Source: Oscillospiraceae bacterium
Lineage (GTDB): Bacteria > Bacillota > Clostridia > Oscillospirales > Acutalibacteraceae
NCBI GenBank assembly: GCA_009777055.1
Contig: WRMQ01000001.1
Span: 11,141-75,140, forward strand
Direction of reading: 5' to 3'
DNA: 64,000 nucleotides
Part shown: in pieces, positions 14,888-24,668 of the stretch
Layout of the letters: each line of letters starts with the position of its first letter
How positions within the stretch are numbered: the first letter of the stretch is position 1
Position numbers and translations under genes: made by a program
The notes under the pieces: model-generated
Databases searched by the model: none
What the model saw: only the letters and a program-made list of their open reading frames with translations
What the model was told of the DNA's origin: nothing

Positions 14888-16497
14888 TTTTTTCTAACGC
14901 TCCGTTCCAGTTTATCCAGGAATTGCGACGGCCCCTGCCGGGTGATCCGCAGCCAGAGCCCCACGAAGCCCCCCAAAAACGCGGGCAGGCCCAGGGACGA
15001 CAGCCCGCCCTTGATGTAGGCCAGGGTATGCCGGGAATCCTGCTCCATGGGCACCACGTCGCAGGTCTGAATCAGCCAGTCCAGCATCCGCCGCTCCATC
15101 CGGTCGATTTGCTCCCGGCAGGCCGGGTCGTCAATCCGGTTCAGCCGCTCGCCCTTCGCGAGCTCGTAGAACTCGTCGGGCTCCTCCATGCGCCGGATAT
15201 ATTTGTATTGACCGTCGCGCAGCATGACGGCCTTGCAGTGTGTGCCGTCCTCCCGGCCCTGGAGCTCCATGCGGGGCGCGTAATGATTTTCGGGATAGTG
15301 GTTTGCCGGGTCGTATTCCATGGCCTGGGTTTCCCCCGGCAAGCGCCCGCCCTCGCAGCAGACGAAGTCCCGGTGGGGCGCGTTTTTGTCGGCCATGGCG
15401 GGCAGCAGGCTGCGGGAGAAATGCGGGCGCTCTATCGTGATTCCCGCCAGCCCGGCCACGGTGGCGCAGACATCCGTGAGCTCCGCCAGCTGATGGTGCA
15501 CGCCGGGCTCCAGGGGGACGCCCTTGGGCGGCTTGATGAGAAAGGGCACGTTCACCAGGCAGTCCGGAAAGCAGTTTTGGGATTTTTCCACCAGGCCGTA
15601 ATCCGTGGTGTAATCCCCGTGGTCCGAAAAGAACAGCACCGCCGTGTTGTCGTAGACGCCGGCCTCCTTCAGCGCGCGCAGCAGGCGGCCCACCTGGTTG
15701 TCCACCTTCGCGCACATGGCCAGATAGATCGCGCGGATCTCGTCCAGGCGCTCCTCGCTCCAGTCACCCACCCGCAGGGCGTCCCGGAGCCCCCGCTCCA
15801 TCCCGGGCTTGCCGTCGGCGTCCTGAATCGTGGGAACGCGCGGCGGCAGCTTTGCTTTGTCGATGAGATCATAGTATTTCCGCTCGATCTGATAGGGCGG
15901 GTGGGGCCGGTTCAGGCCCACGAACAGGAAGAAGGGCTTTGGGCTTTTCGCGCGGCGCCTGATGGTTCGGACCGCGCCCTCTACCATGAGGTCGTCGATC
16001 TCGGTATACTCCTCCTCCGGCGAGGCCGTGGGCTGAGTTCCGCCCAGAAAGGAATAATAGCTATCGCTCCCCGGCGCGCCGCGCTCCGCCTGAAAGGGCA
16101 GGGCGCGTTTTTTTGGCCTGGCCACCGGCAGATATTGATCCACCATCGCTTTATGATACTTCGGGTACTGCCCGGCCATGAGGTCGTCGCGGATGGTCGC
16201 GGCGGTGAAATAGCCGGCTTTTTTCATGTCGCCGAAAAGATTGCCCTCATGGGGCTGCTGCAAAAAGCCCATGCTGCGGTGCCCGTGCACATGAGGATAC
16301 AGGCCCGTCATGAACGAGCAGCGGCTGGGCACGCACACGGGATTTTGGCAAAATGCCCTGGCAAAGGAGACGCCCTCCTCCGCCAGGCGGTCAAGGTGGG
16401 GGGTGTGGGCCGCGGCGTTGCCCAGATGCCCCATGGCGTCCGCGCGCATCTGGTCGGGGTTGATGATGAGAATGTTGGTTTTTGTATGTTTTTTCAT
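14884..16497 (-). CDS. Cys-type sulfatase (formylglycine-dependent), no signal peptide
   Basis: NILIINPDQMRAD and the FGly motif in NPVCVPSRCSFMTGLYPHVHG (C-x-P-x-R). Start taken at MKKHTKTN. Confidence 0.85.
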   Translation of the reverse strand: MKKHTKTNILIINPDQMRADAMGHLGNAAAHTPHLDRLAEEGVSFARAFCQNPVCVPSRCSFMTGLYPHVHGHRSMGFLQQPHEGNLFGDMKKAGYFTAATIRDDLMAGQYPKYHKAMVDQYLPVARPKKRALPFQAERGAPGSDSYYSFLGGTQPTASPEEEYTEIDDLMVEGAVRTIRRRAKSPKPFFLFVGLNRPHPPYQIERKYYDLIDKAKLPPRVPTIQDADGKPGMERGLRDALRVGDWSEERLDEIRAIYLAMCAKVDNQVGRLLRALKEAGVYDNTAVLFFSDHGDYTTDYGLVEKSQNCFPDCLVNVPFLIKPPKGVPLEPGVHHQLAELTDVCATVAGLAGITIERPHFSRSLLPAMADKNAPHRDFVCCEGGRLPGETQAMEYDPANHYPENHYAPRMELQGREDGTHCKAVMLRDGQYKYIRRMEEPDEFYELAKGERLNRIDDPACREQIDRMERRMLDWLIQTCDVVPMEQDSRHTLAYIKGGLSSLGLPAFLGGFVGLWLRITRQGPSQFLDKLERSVRKK

Positions 16498-16827
16498 ACC
16501 GTTATCGTACCACAACTGGCGGAATATTGCAAGCGTGTTTTTGAGGAAGAAAGCAATTTTATGATAAAACCGGCGGCGGCAGGATTTGAGAAGCGCCTGA
16601 CAATATCTGCGTGCAATTCAAGCAATGTATTCCCGCTTATTGTGAATTAAGAAAAATAAAGATATATTTCAGGAAAAAAATGAAAAAACAGCCGGAATTT
16701 CGCTTGACAATGAGCGGATTTTCGTGTTATCGTTCCATAGCTTTAACGCGCAAAACACCAATTCGTAAAAGCCCTGCCAGGCAGGATGTCAAGCAACAAG
16801 CCTTTCAAAGCTTAAGGAGGACGAAAA

Positions 16828-19800
16828 ATGAAACTGCGTAGAAGCATAGCCATGCTGATGGCGGGGCTGGTGGTTTCGCTGCTCATACTGCCGATCGCGG
16901 GGACGCAGGCCCAGGAGCCGGACGCGTCGAGCATTTCCGGCGCGCTGTGGGTGGACGGCAACGGCATGCTGCCCACGGACTGGAACGGCCTGCGCGACGA
17001 GGGCGAGCCCCCGCTGGCCGGGTACAGCGTCGCCCTTTACGCGTTCGACGACCGGGAGGAGCCCATTGACTCCACCGTGACAGACGAGCAGGGCGAATAC
17101 ATATTTGAAGGCGTGGCCTCCGGCAGCTATGTGCTGGGTCTTGTGTCGGGCTTCGCGGGCGGCAACGAATATCTGCTTCCCATGGCCGTCACGCAGGAGA
17201 GTGTCTTCGCCATCGACTGGCAGAGCGAGCCGCTGACCGCCTGGTCGGCGGAAATCGTGATCGCCGGGGACGACGAGGCTGTTACCGGCATGGACGCCGG
17301 CATGCGCCTGCCCATGGGGATTGTGCCCCTGGCGGGTGAATTCGTGGTTTCGGGCGCGGCCTCGGGCGTGTATGACAGCCTGGCCGACGCCATAAGCGCG
17401 GTCAACGCCGGGCCCGCGGGCACTTATACCGTTACAGTGGGCAAGAACGAGACCATGGCGGCCGGGCCGCTGGTCATCGACGCGGGCCGGAACGTGACGC
17501 TGCAGTCCTCCGGCGGGCCCTGGACCGTTATGTACGCGGGCTCGGGCAAGCACATCAAGGTGGAGGGGCAGCTGACGCTGAAGAACCTCACGCTGGATGG
17601 CGCGAACAACGCCGGCGGCATAGAGGTTTCATACGGCGGCGCGCAGCTGACCATGGAGGCCGGCGCTGTCATCACGCACTGCAGAGTTGGCGTCAACTGT
17701 TACGGCAACTTCGTTATGAACGACGGCCTGATCACCGAAAACGTTGGCTTCAACGGCTTGGGTGTAAGCATAAACAACGGGGCATCCTTCACCATGTATG
17801 ACGGCGAGATTTCACGCAACGTCAGCAATGACGCCGGCAACGGCGGCGGCGTGTATAACAACTACGGCATGTTCACCATGCATGGCGGAAGGATTATTGA
17901 GAACCAGAACGAATTCGGCGGCGGCGTGTATTCCGCTTTAAGTGGAAGCGTAGGCTTTATCATGCATGGCGGCGAAATTTCCGACAATGTAGCCTTTTCG
18001 TCGGGCGGCGGCGTGAGAATTGGTCTCGGCGGGTTTGAGATGCACGGCGGCGAGATTTCCAGAAACCAGACTGGCGGCGGGATGTATGATAGCACAGGTG
18101 GCGGTATATACTTTAGCTCTATTTCTTCATTCACCATGACCGACGGCGAGATTACCGGCAACAATGCGATTGGTGGCTATGGCGGCGGCTTTGCTGTCAA
18201 CGGCTCCTGCGCGGCCACCCTGTCAGGCGGGGCGATTTATGGCAACGAGGCGACAGCCGGCGGCGGCATTCGATTTTCCGGCAGTTACCCGCTCAACCTG
18301 GATGGCGTTGAGATCTACGGCAATAAGGCCGAGCAGAGCGGCGGCGGCATACTCAACAACAGCTCATCCCCATCTATCATGAGCGCCGGCCGGATTTACG
18401 ACAATGAGGCCGTCCGGGGCGGCGGGCTGCTCAACGGCATGTTCAGCTCATTCACCATGAACGGCGGCGAAATTTCCGAAAACAGGGCGCAGGGAACGGT
18501 CGTCATGTATGGAACTGTTGAATTAGCCGCGGGCGGCGGGGTGTATAACGAACAAAGAGGCTCGTTCACCATGAACGGCGGCGAGATTACCCGCAACGAG
18601 AGCGGCGGCGACGGCGGCGGCGTGTACAATAAAGCGACCTTTGATTTGTACAGCGGCGGCAAGATTACCGATAACACGGCCGCGGGCAGCGGCGGCGGCG
18701 TCTACGCCGGCTACGATGATGATTTCTCTACCAGTAGCACCTTTACGATGCATGGCGGCGAGATTTCCGGAAACATCGCCGGCAGCGACGGCGGCGGCGT
18801 GTACGCGGAGCGCTACAATTCCAGCTCCTTCGGCTATTTCTTTATGGACGGCGGGCTTATCACCGGCAATACAGCCGGGGGTGACGGCGGCGCGATTTTC
18901 TCGGGGGACTACGACTACGGCGACCCCTCTGACCCGCAGAGATACTCGAATATCGGCGTCGCACCCTCCGCTGTGGTCAGCGGAAACACGGCCCAAAGGG
19001 GCTTCCTGCCGCCCATCAACGCGGTGGACTTCACCAACCGAAGCACCAACCCCTTCGACGGCGACCTGATGACGAACCACGAAATCAACTATCGCATCCC
19101 CTCGATAAAGATCACTTATAAGGCCAACGGCGGCGGCGGCCTGGATGTCATACAGGACACGGGCGTTTTGATCACCGACGCGCCCGCGGTCGGGCTGACG
19201 ATCAAAACACAGGCGGAAACCGGCTTTACCGCCCCCATGGGCAGCGGCGCGGCCTTTTTGGGCTGGAACACGCAGTCAAACGGCCTGGGCACGCATTATG
19301 ACGAGGGTCAGACCCCCGTGAGCCTCAACAGCAGCATTATCCTGTATGCCCAGTGGGATTTTGCCTATCGCTATGTGGTCACGAAGGACAGCGACGGCTC
19401 ACCCGCCGGCAGCTACCACTGGCTGCAGGACGCCGTGGACGCCTGCGGCACTGACGGGGCCTATACCATCACCCTGACAGGCGAGAACGACGACGATATG
19501 ACCGACAGGTACAATAGTGCCGGCTCGCCCGGGGTTCCGGTGTTCGTCGGCACGCCCACCAGCGGCAATTCCGTGTATGTGGCCATTCCTTCGGGCAAAA
19601 GCGTCACGCTCACCTCAGACGAATACGGACCCTATTACATCAGGCAGCAGTGCATGAATATGCGGCACTTTGTGGTGGAAGGCGATTTGACGCTGGCGAA
19701 TATTGAGCTGGCGGGGGTCGGGCAATATAGCATGCCGCTTGGCGGCGTGGACATCGCGGCGAACGCCTCGCTGACCATGGAGGCGGGCTCCGCCATCCGC

Positions 19801-22800
19801 GACTGCAACGGCGTCGTCTCAATGTCCTCCTCCTCCTCCTTTTATGGGGGATATGGCGGCGGCGTGTTTGTGGAAAGCGGCGGCGCCTTCACGATGAACG
19901 GCGGCGAGATCAAGAACTGTATGGCCCAGGCCGATGGCGGCGGTGTGTTCCTGAAGCCCAACGCCATTGGCGCGATGACCGGCGGCGTCATCCGCGATAC
20001 GAGGACTTACGGCAGCGGCGGCGGTATATATCTGTCGTACCAAAGCGTTTTCGTGATGGATGGCGGCGAAATCAACGATACCCACGCCTACGGCGGCAGC
20101 GGCGGCGGCGTGAACAGCCAGGAAGGCTCCTTCAGCATGAACGGCGGCCTGATTTCCGAAAGCTATGCCTACGGCGGGCCCGGCGGCGGCGTGTATGTCT
20201 ACAACACAGATTTCGTGATGACCGGCGGCACAATTACCGACAACTGCTCCTATGGAGGGCCCGGCGGCGGCGTGAGCATGACAAATGGCGACTTCAGCAT
20301 GAGCGGCGGCGAGGTTTCCAACAACATTACCTACAACGGCGGCGGCGGCGTGTATCTGTATGAGGGCGATTTCGCCATAAGCGGCAGCGCGAAAATTTCC
20401 GATAACTATACCACCGATGACGGCGGCGGCGTGTTTGTATCGTACGGCGACGCGGACATCAGCGGAAACGCCGTCATCAGCGGCAACACTGCGGAAGCGG
20501 AATATGGCCATTACGGCGGCGGCGGTGTGTATCTGTTTGAAGGCGACCTCAGCATGAGCGGCGGCACCGTCAGCGGCAACACCGTGGGACAGGGCTTCAG
20601 AGGCGGCGGCGGCATATTGGTGCGCAACAGCTGGATCGTCAGAAGCAGTGTCACCATGACCGGCGGCACGATCAGCGGCAATACCGTAGGTGAAAACGCC
20701 TGGGGCGGCGGCGGCATATACGTCGAAAACAGCGATTTTGTGATGAGCGGCGGCTCCATCACCGGCAACAGCGCCTCCGAAGCCTGGGGCGAAGGCGGCG
20801 GCGTGCTGCTGGATGAGGGCTCCTTCCTGATGCAGGGCGACGCGGATATCTCCGGCAACGATGCGGCCTGCGGCGGCGGCGGGCTGTACGCCTGCAACAC
20901 CATCATTGATATGCAGGGCGGCACGATCTCCGGCAACAGCGAGGGCGGTGTTGACGAATGGGGCAATGGCACCAGCTGGGGCGGCGGCGGCGTGATGCTC
21001 GACGGAGCCGTGATGACCATGTCCGGCGGCTCCATCACCGGCAACAGCACCCAGGCCGACGGCGGCGGCGTATATGCAGCTCACAACTACGGCGGCGAGC
21101 TGATCATGACCGGCGGCTCCATCACCGGCAACTCGGCGCCTGACGGATACGGCGGCGGCATCTATACGGGGGACTATTGGGACAGCTCCTCGAACGCCTA
21201 CGCTAACCCCGTGAACGCGGACGAAATGTACCGAAACATCACAATTGGCCCCGGAGCCACCGTCAGCGGGAACTCGGCCTTCAGCCGCTTCCTGGTGCCG
21301 TCGGGCATTGTGCCCGGCACGGGCCCCCTGGGCTTTGACCTGAACCTGCTGAACAACGACAATATCAACTGGGAGGGCGACGTGGACCCGAGCCGCTACC
21401 TGGTGTATAAGGACGCGGGCTGGGTTTTCATCGGCGATTATTTCTGGCTGGCCGACGCCATGGACCATTGCGGCACAGACGGGCCCTACACCATCGTCGC
21501 CACCCAGAACGACCAGGATCTGTCTGACACCTACGGGGGCGCCGGCGATTATCTGCCCCCCTTCCTTCAGACGCCCGCGCCGCCCACGATTCCGCCCAGC
21601 GGCGTATGGGCGGTGACGGTTCCCTCGAACAAGACCGTTACCTTCACCTCTGACGCGAACGGGACTTATGTCATCACGCAGCGGAAAACCTTTCACTTTA
21701 TTGTGAACGGCGGCCTGACCCTGGACGGCATCGTGCTCAGCGGCGGCTCCGGGACGGCCGGCAGTGTCACCGTGAACACCGGCGCGTCTCTGACCATGGA
21801 GCCCGGCGCGGTCATCCGCGATTGCCTTAACGTATATGGCGGCGGCGTGATGCTGTCAGCGGGCGGCGATTTCGTCATGAACGGCGGCGAAATCAAGAAT
21901 TGTACGGCGGGCTCCTACGGCGGCGGTGTGTATGCAAACGGCGGCACGTTCACGATGTATGCCGGTGTGATCAGCGGCAACTTTTCAAACGGCCTGGGCG
22001 GCGGCGTATACATGGATCATGGCTCTGTGTTCAACATGCATGGCGGTGCGATTACGGGCAATGAGGCGCCCTACTGGCATGGCGGCGGGGTTTCCGTGAA
22101 CGATACTCTCAACCAGGGCACCACCTTCACCATGACGGGCGGCAGCATCGACAACAACTGGGCCTACGGCTATGGCGGCGGTGTATACAACAATAGCGGG
22201 GATTTCAACGCCAGCGACAGCTTTATCGACAATAATATCTCGGCCAGCCATGGCGGCGGTGTGTATAATTACGCCAGCGAAAGCGGCACGATTACCCTGA
22301 CCCGCACCAGCGTCAGCGGCAATGAGATGCTGTATTACGGCCACGGCGGCGGCATATACAACGAAAGCACCGACATGCAAATAACCGACTGCGTCGTCAA
22401 CAACAACATCACGCCATACCAGGAAGGCGGCGGCATATACGCGGTGAACTGCGCCCTGGAAATCACCGACGGCGAAATCAAGGGCAACAGCGCGCAAAAC
22501 CTGAACGGCGGCGGCATATCAGCGATGTATTGCGACTTGGAGATCGCCGGCACCGAAATCAGCGGCAACTCCGCGCCGGTCGAATACGGCAGCGGCAGCG
22601 GCGCCGGCGGCGGCGGCGGCATATACGCGCTGTACTGCGACATTGAGATAAGAAGCGGCAGCACGATCAGCAACAACGCGGCGGGCGACAGAGGCGGCGG
22701 CGTATGCTCAATCTATTCCGACATTGATATCAGCGACAGCTTCATCGACAACAACACGGCGGTCAACAACGGCGGCGGCGTGTTCAACGCCAACGGCTCC

Positions 22801-24054
22801 GTCGGCATGATCGCCATCACCCGCAGCAGCGTCAGCGGCAATGAAGCGGGCGGAGATGGCGGCGGCGTGAACAACAGCTCAAACGAATTCCGCCTGACCG
22901 ACAGCGTCATCAACGGCAACAAGGCGGACAGCAACGGCGGCGGCCTGTACAACAATGTCTGCGATCTGTACCTGAACAATTGCACGATCACCGGCAACAC
23001 GGCGGGCGTTGACGGCGGCGGCCTGTGGGATTACTACAAGGATACCGTGGTCAGCGGAGGCACGATTTCGGGCAACAGGGCGGGCAACCATGGCGGCGGC
23101 GTGGAGCATGCGGCTTATTCCTTCACCCTGCGGGACGGCGCGGCGGTCACCGGCAATACGGCGGCGGCCGACGGCGGCGGCATATACAACCGGGGTCCCC
23201 TGACGATGCTCGACGGCGATGTTTCCGGCAACGAGGCGGGCGGCCACGGCGGCGGCATGTACGTGCGCTATGACGATTTCATCATGACCGGCGGCTCCAT
23301 CACCGGCAACAGCGCGCCCAACGGCGACGGCGGCGGCATCTTCGCCGAGGATTACGACTACAACGACCCGGTGGACGCCAGCCTGGGCTACACCAACCTG
23401 AGCATCAACTATGGCGGCGGCACGGGCCTGGTCAGCGGAAACACCTCCAGACAGAGAACCATGCCCCCGCAGGTGATCAACGGGCCGCTGAAGTTCAACA
23501 AAAACCTGCTGGATAACCACGAGATCAACCACACCAACGGCGCCGAGCCCACCACGCTGACCGTCACGAAAACGGCGGAAGGCCTCTTCGCGGACTTGTT
23601 CCGGGTATTCCCCTTCACGATATACCTCACGGACGGGGACGACCTGCCGCTCAGCGCGGGCAAGGAGCTGCCCTACACCGGCAGCGCCACGGGCACGCTG
23701 GTGCTCGACGGCGACGGCAAGGCGGCGTTCGGGCTTGCCCACGGGCAGAGCATCATCTTCGACCTGGTGCCGCTGGACGGCAAGGTGCGCATTGTGGAGT
23801 TCGACGACCCGAGCTACGCGGAGTCCTTCATTGACAGCGAGGACGGCATAAGCGTTCCGGGCAGCGACACGGGCCTGCTGGAGATGACCGCGGACCGAAG
23901 CTTCGCCTTCCATAACCAGAGCACCATCATCGTCGGCGGCATAGAAGCCGGCAGCCTGGCGGCCCTGTTCCCGCTGGTCCTGATTCTCTTGGCGGGCGCG
24001 GCGGTAATCATGTGGCAGGCGGCGCGGCGGCGCCGCGGGAGGGCCGCGGCATGA
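16828..24054 (+). CDS. Giant (2408 aa) cell-surface beta-helix repeat adhesin, probable pilus tip protein
   Basis: Signal peptide MKLRRSIAMLMAGLVVSLLILPIAGTQA. N-terminal SdrD/CnaB-like domain. Dozens of GGG(V/I)(Y/F)...F(T/S)M.GG.I..N repeats in three modules. One Listeria-Bacteroides-type repeat. C-terminal CnaB-like domain, hydrophobic helix and RRRRG tail. Confidence 0.85.
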   Translation: MKLRRSIAMLMAGLVVSLLILPIAGTQAQEPDASSISGALWVDGNGMLPTDWNGLRDEGEPPLAGYSVALYAFDDREEPIDSTVTDEQGEYIFEGVASGSYVLGLVSGFAGGNEYLLPMAVTQESVFAIDWQSEPLTAWSAEIVIAGDDEAVTGMDAGMRLPMGIVPLAGEFVVSGAASGVYDSLADAISAVNAGPAGTYTVTVGKNETMAAGPLVIDAGRNVTLQSSGGPWTVMYAGSGKHIKVEGQLTLKNLTLDGANNAGGIEVSYGGAQLTMEAGAVITHCRVGVNCYGNFVMNDGLITENVGFNGLGVSINNGASFTMYDGEISRNVSNDAGNGGGVYNNYGMFTMHGGRIIENQNEFGGGVYSALSGSVGFIMHGGEISDNVAFSSGGGVRIGLGGFEMHGGEISRNQTGGGMYDSTGGGIYFSSISSFTMTDGEITGNNAIGGYGGGFAVNGSCAATLSGGAIYGNEATAGGGIRFSGSYPLNLDGVEIYGNKAEQSGGGILNNSSSPSIMSAGRIYDNEAVRGGGLLNGMFSSFTMNGGEISENRAQGTVVMYGTVELAAGGGVYNEQRGSFTMNGGEITRNESGGDGGGVYNKATFDLYSGGKITDNTAAGSGGGVYAGYDDDFSTSSTFTMHGGEISGNIAGSDGGGVYAERYNSSSFGYFFMDGGLITGNTAGGDGGAIFSGDYDYGDPSDPQRYSNIGVAPSAVVSGNTAQRGFLPPINAVDFTNRSTNPFDGDLMTNHEINYRIPSIKITYKANGGGGLDVIQDTGVLITDAPAVGLTIKTQAETGFTAPMGSGAAFLGWNTQSNGLGTHYDEGQTPVSLNSSIILYAQWDFAYRYVVTKDSDGSPAGSYHWLQDAVDACGTDGAYTITLTGENDDDMTDRYNSAGSPGVPVFVGTPTSGNSVYVAIPSGKSVTLTSDEYGPYYIRQQCMNMRHFVVEGDLTLANIELAGVGQYSMPLGGVDIAANASLTMEAGSAIRDCNGVVSMSSSSSFYGGYGGGVFVESGGAFTMNGGEIKNCMAQADGGGVFLKPNAIGAMTGGVIRDTRTYGSGGGIYLSYQSVFVMDGGEINDTHAYGGSGGGVNSQEGSFSMNGGLISESYAYGGPGGGVYVYNTDFVMTGGTITDNCSYGGPGGGVSMTNGDFSMSGGEVSNNITYNGGGGVYLYEGDFAISGSAKISDNYTTDDGGGVFVSYGDADISGNAVISGNTAEAEYGHYGGGGVYLFEGDLSMSGGTVSGNTVGQGFRGGGGILVRNSWIVRSSVTMTGGTISGNTVGENAWGGGGIYVENSDFVMSGGSITGNSASEAWGEGGGVLLDEGSFLMQGDADISGNDAACGGGGLYACNTIIDMQGGTISGNSEGGVDEWGNGTSWGGGGVMLDGAVMTMSGGSITGNSTQADGGGVYAAHNYGGELIMTGGSITGNSAPDGYGGGIYTGDYWDSSSNAYANPVNADEMYRNITIGPGATVSGNSAFSRFLVPSGIVPGTGPLGFDLNLLNNDNINWEGDVDPSRYLVYKDAGWVFIGDYFWLADAMDHCGTDGPYTIVATQNDQDLSDTYGGAGDYLPPFLQTPAPPTIPPSGVWAVTVPSNKTVTFTSDANGTYVITQRKTFHFIVNGGLTLDGIVLSGGSGTAGSVTVNTGASLTMEPGAVIRDCLNVYGGGVMLSAGGDFVMNGGEIKNCTAGSYGGGVYANGGTFTMYAGVISGNFSNGLGGGVYMDHGSVFNMHGGAITGNEAPYWHGGGVSVNDTLNQGTTFTMTGGSIDNNWAYGYGGGVYNNSGDFNASDSFIDNNISASHGGGVYNYASESGTITLTRTSVSGNEMLYYGHGGGIYNESTDMQITDCVVNNNITPYQEGGGIYAVNCALEITDGEIKGNSAQNLNGGGISAMYCDLEIAGTEISGNSAPVEYGSGSGAGGGGGIYALYCDIEIRSGSTISNNAAGDRGGGVCSIYSDIDISDSFIDNNTAVNNGGGVFNANGSVGMIAITRSSVSGNEAGGDGGGVNNSSNEFRLTDSVINGNKADSNGGGLYNNVCDLYLNNCTITGNTAGVDGGGLWDYYKDTVVSGGTISGNRAGNHGGGVEHAAYSFTLRDGAAVTGNTAAADGGGIYNRGPLTMLDGDVSGNEAGGHGGGMYVRYDDFIMTGGSITGNSAPNGDGGGIFAEDYDYNDPVDASLGYTNLSINYGGGTGLVSGNTSRQRTMPPQVINGPLKFNKNLLDNHEINHTNGAEPTTLTVTKTAEGLFADLFRVFPFTIYLTDGDDLPLSAGKELPYTGSATGTLVLDGDGKAAFGLAHGQSIIFDLVPLDGKVRIVEFDDPSYAESFIDSEDGISVPGSDTGLLEMTADRSFAFHNQSTIIVGGIEAGSLAALFPLVLILLAGAAVIMWQAARRRRGRAAA

Positions 24055-24602
24055 CGCGGGAAGACCAGGCGGACCAGGTCCGCGAGCGGCCGGCCGGCGG
24101 CCCGCCCCCCCCAACGCTTTGGCGCGAGCTGAGAACCTTTGCCATCAAAATCGCGGCGATCGCGGGCATCGGGATGCTGCTGCTGACCTTCGTTTACGGG
24201 CTGCACTACAACCGGGAAGCCGGCATGAGCCCCTCGCTCAAGGACGGCGATCTGGTGGTGTATTACCGCCTGGACAAGGACTACCGTGCCGGAGACCTTC
24301 TCCTGCTGGTTTTCCAGGGAGAAAAGCAGCTGCGCCGGGTCATCGCCTGCGCGGGCGACACGGTGGATATTACCAGCGAGGGGCTCGTGATCAACGGCGC
24401 GCTCCAGCAGGAGCGGGAGATCTACCGGAGAACCGAGCGCTACGCGGAGGGCATCGAATTCCCCCTGACCCTGAACGAGGGCGAGGTCTTCGTTCTCGGC
24501 GACGCGCGCGACAATGTCACCGACAGCCGCGTCTATGGCCCGGTAAAAACGGGCGACACCCTGGGAACCGTGATCGCGGCCCTCAGGCGCAGAAATCTGT
24601 AG
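24051..24602 (+). CDS. Signal peptidase I homologue lacking the Ser/Lys dyad (SipA/LepA-like pilus accessory protein)
   Basis: S26 fold boxes are present (GDLVVY, GDARDNVTDSRVYG). However, box B reads AGMSPSL (Gly where the catalytic Ser sits) and box D reads RRVIACAGD (Arg where the Lys sits). ATGA overlap with the adhesin stop. Confidence 0.75.
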   Translation: MTREDQADQVRERPAGGPPPPTLWRELRTFAIKIAAIAGIGMLLLTFVYGLHYNREAGMSPSLKDGDLVVYYRLDKDYRAGDLLLLVFQGEKQLRRVIACAGDTVDITSEGLVINGALQQEREIYRRTERYAEGIEFPLTLNEGEVFVLGDARDNVTDSRVYGPVKTGDTLGTVIAALRRRNL

Positions 24603-24668
24603 CGATATAGACATGCTCCCCCAAAAGATCATGTTTGTATAAATTCAAAAAAACAGGAGAGACAAGAA

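Noticed and set aside
16611-16841. 76-aa ORF (or 53-aa MKKQPEF... version) upstream of the giant adhesin gene.
   Set aside because: It overlaps the adhesin RBS and start. It lies in AT-rich promoter-like sequence with a weak RBS and an unconvincing composition.
23900-24054. Canonical LPxTG sorting signal in the giant adhesin.
   Set aside because: A hydrophobic helix and an Arg-rich tail are present, but no xPxTG-like pentapeptide precedes them. Wall anchoring is therefore left as inference.
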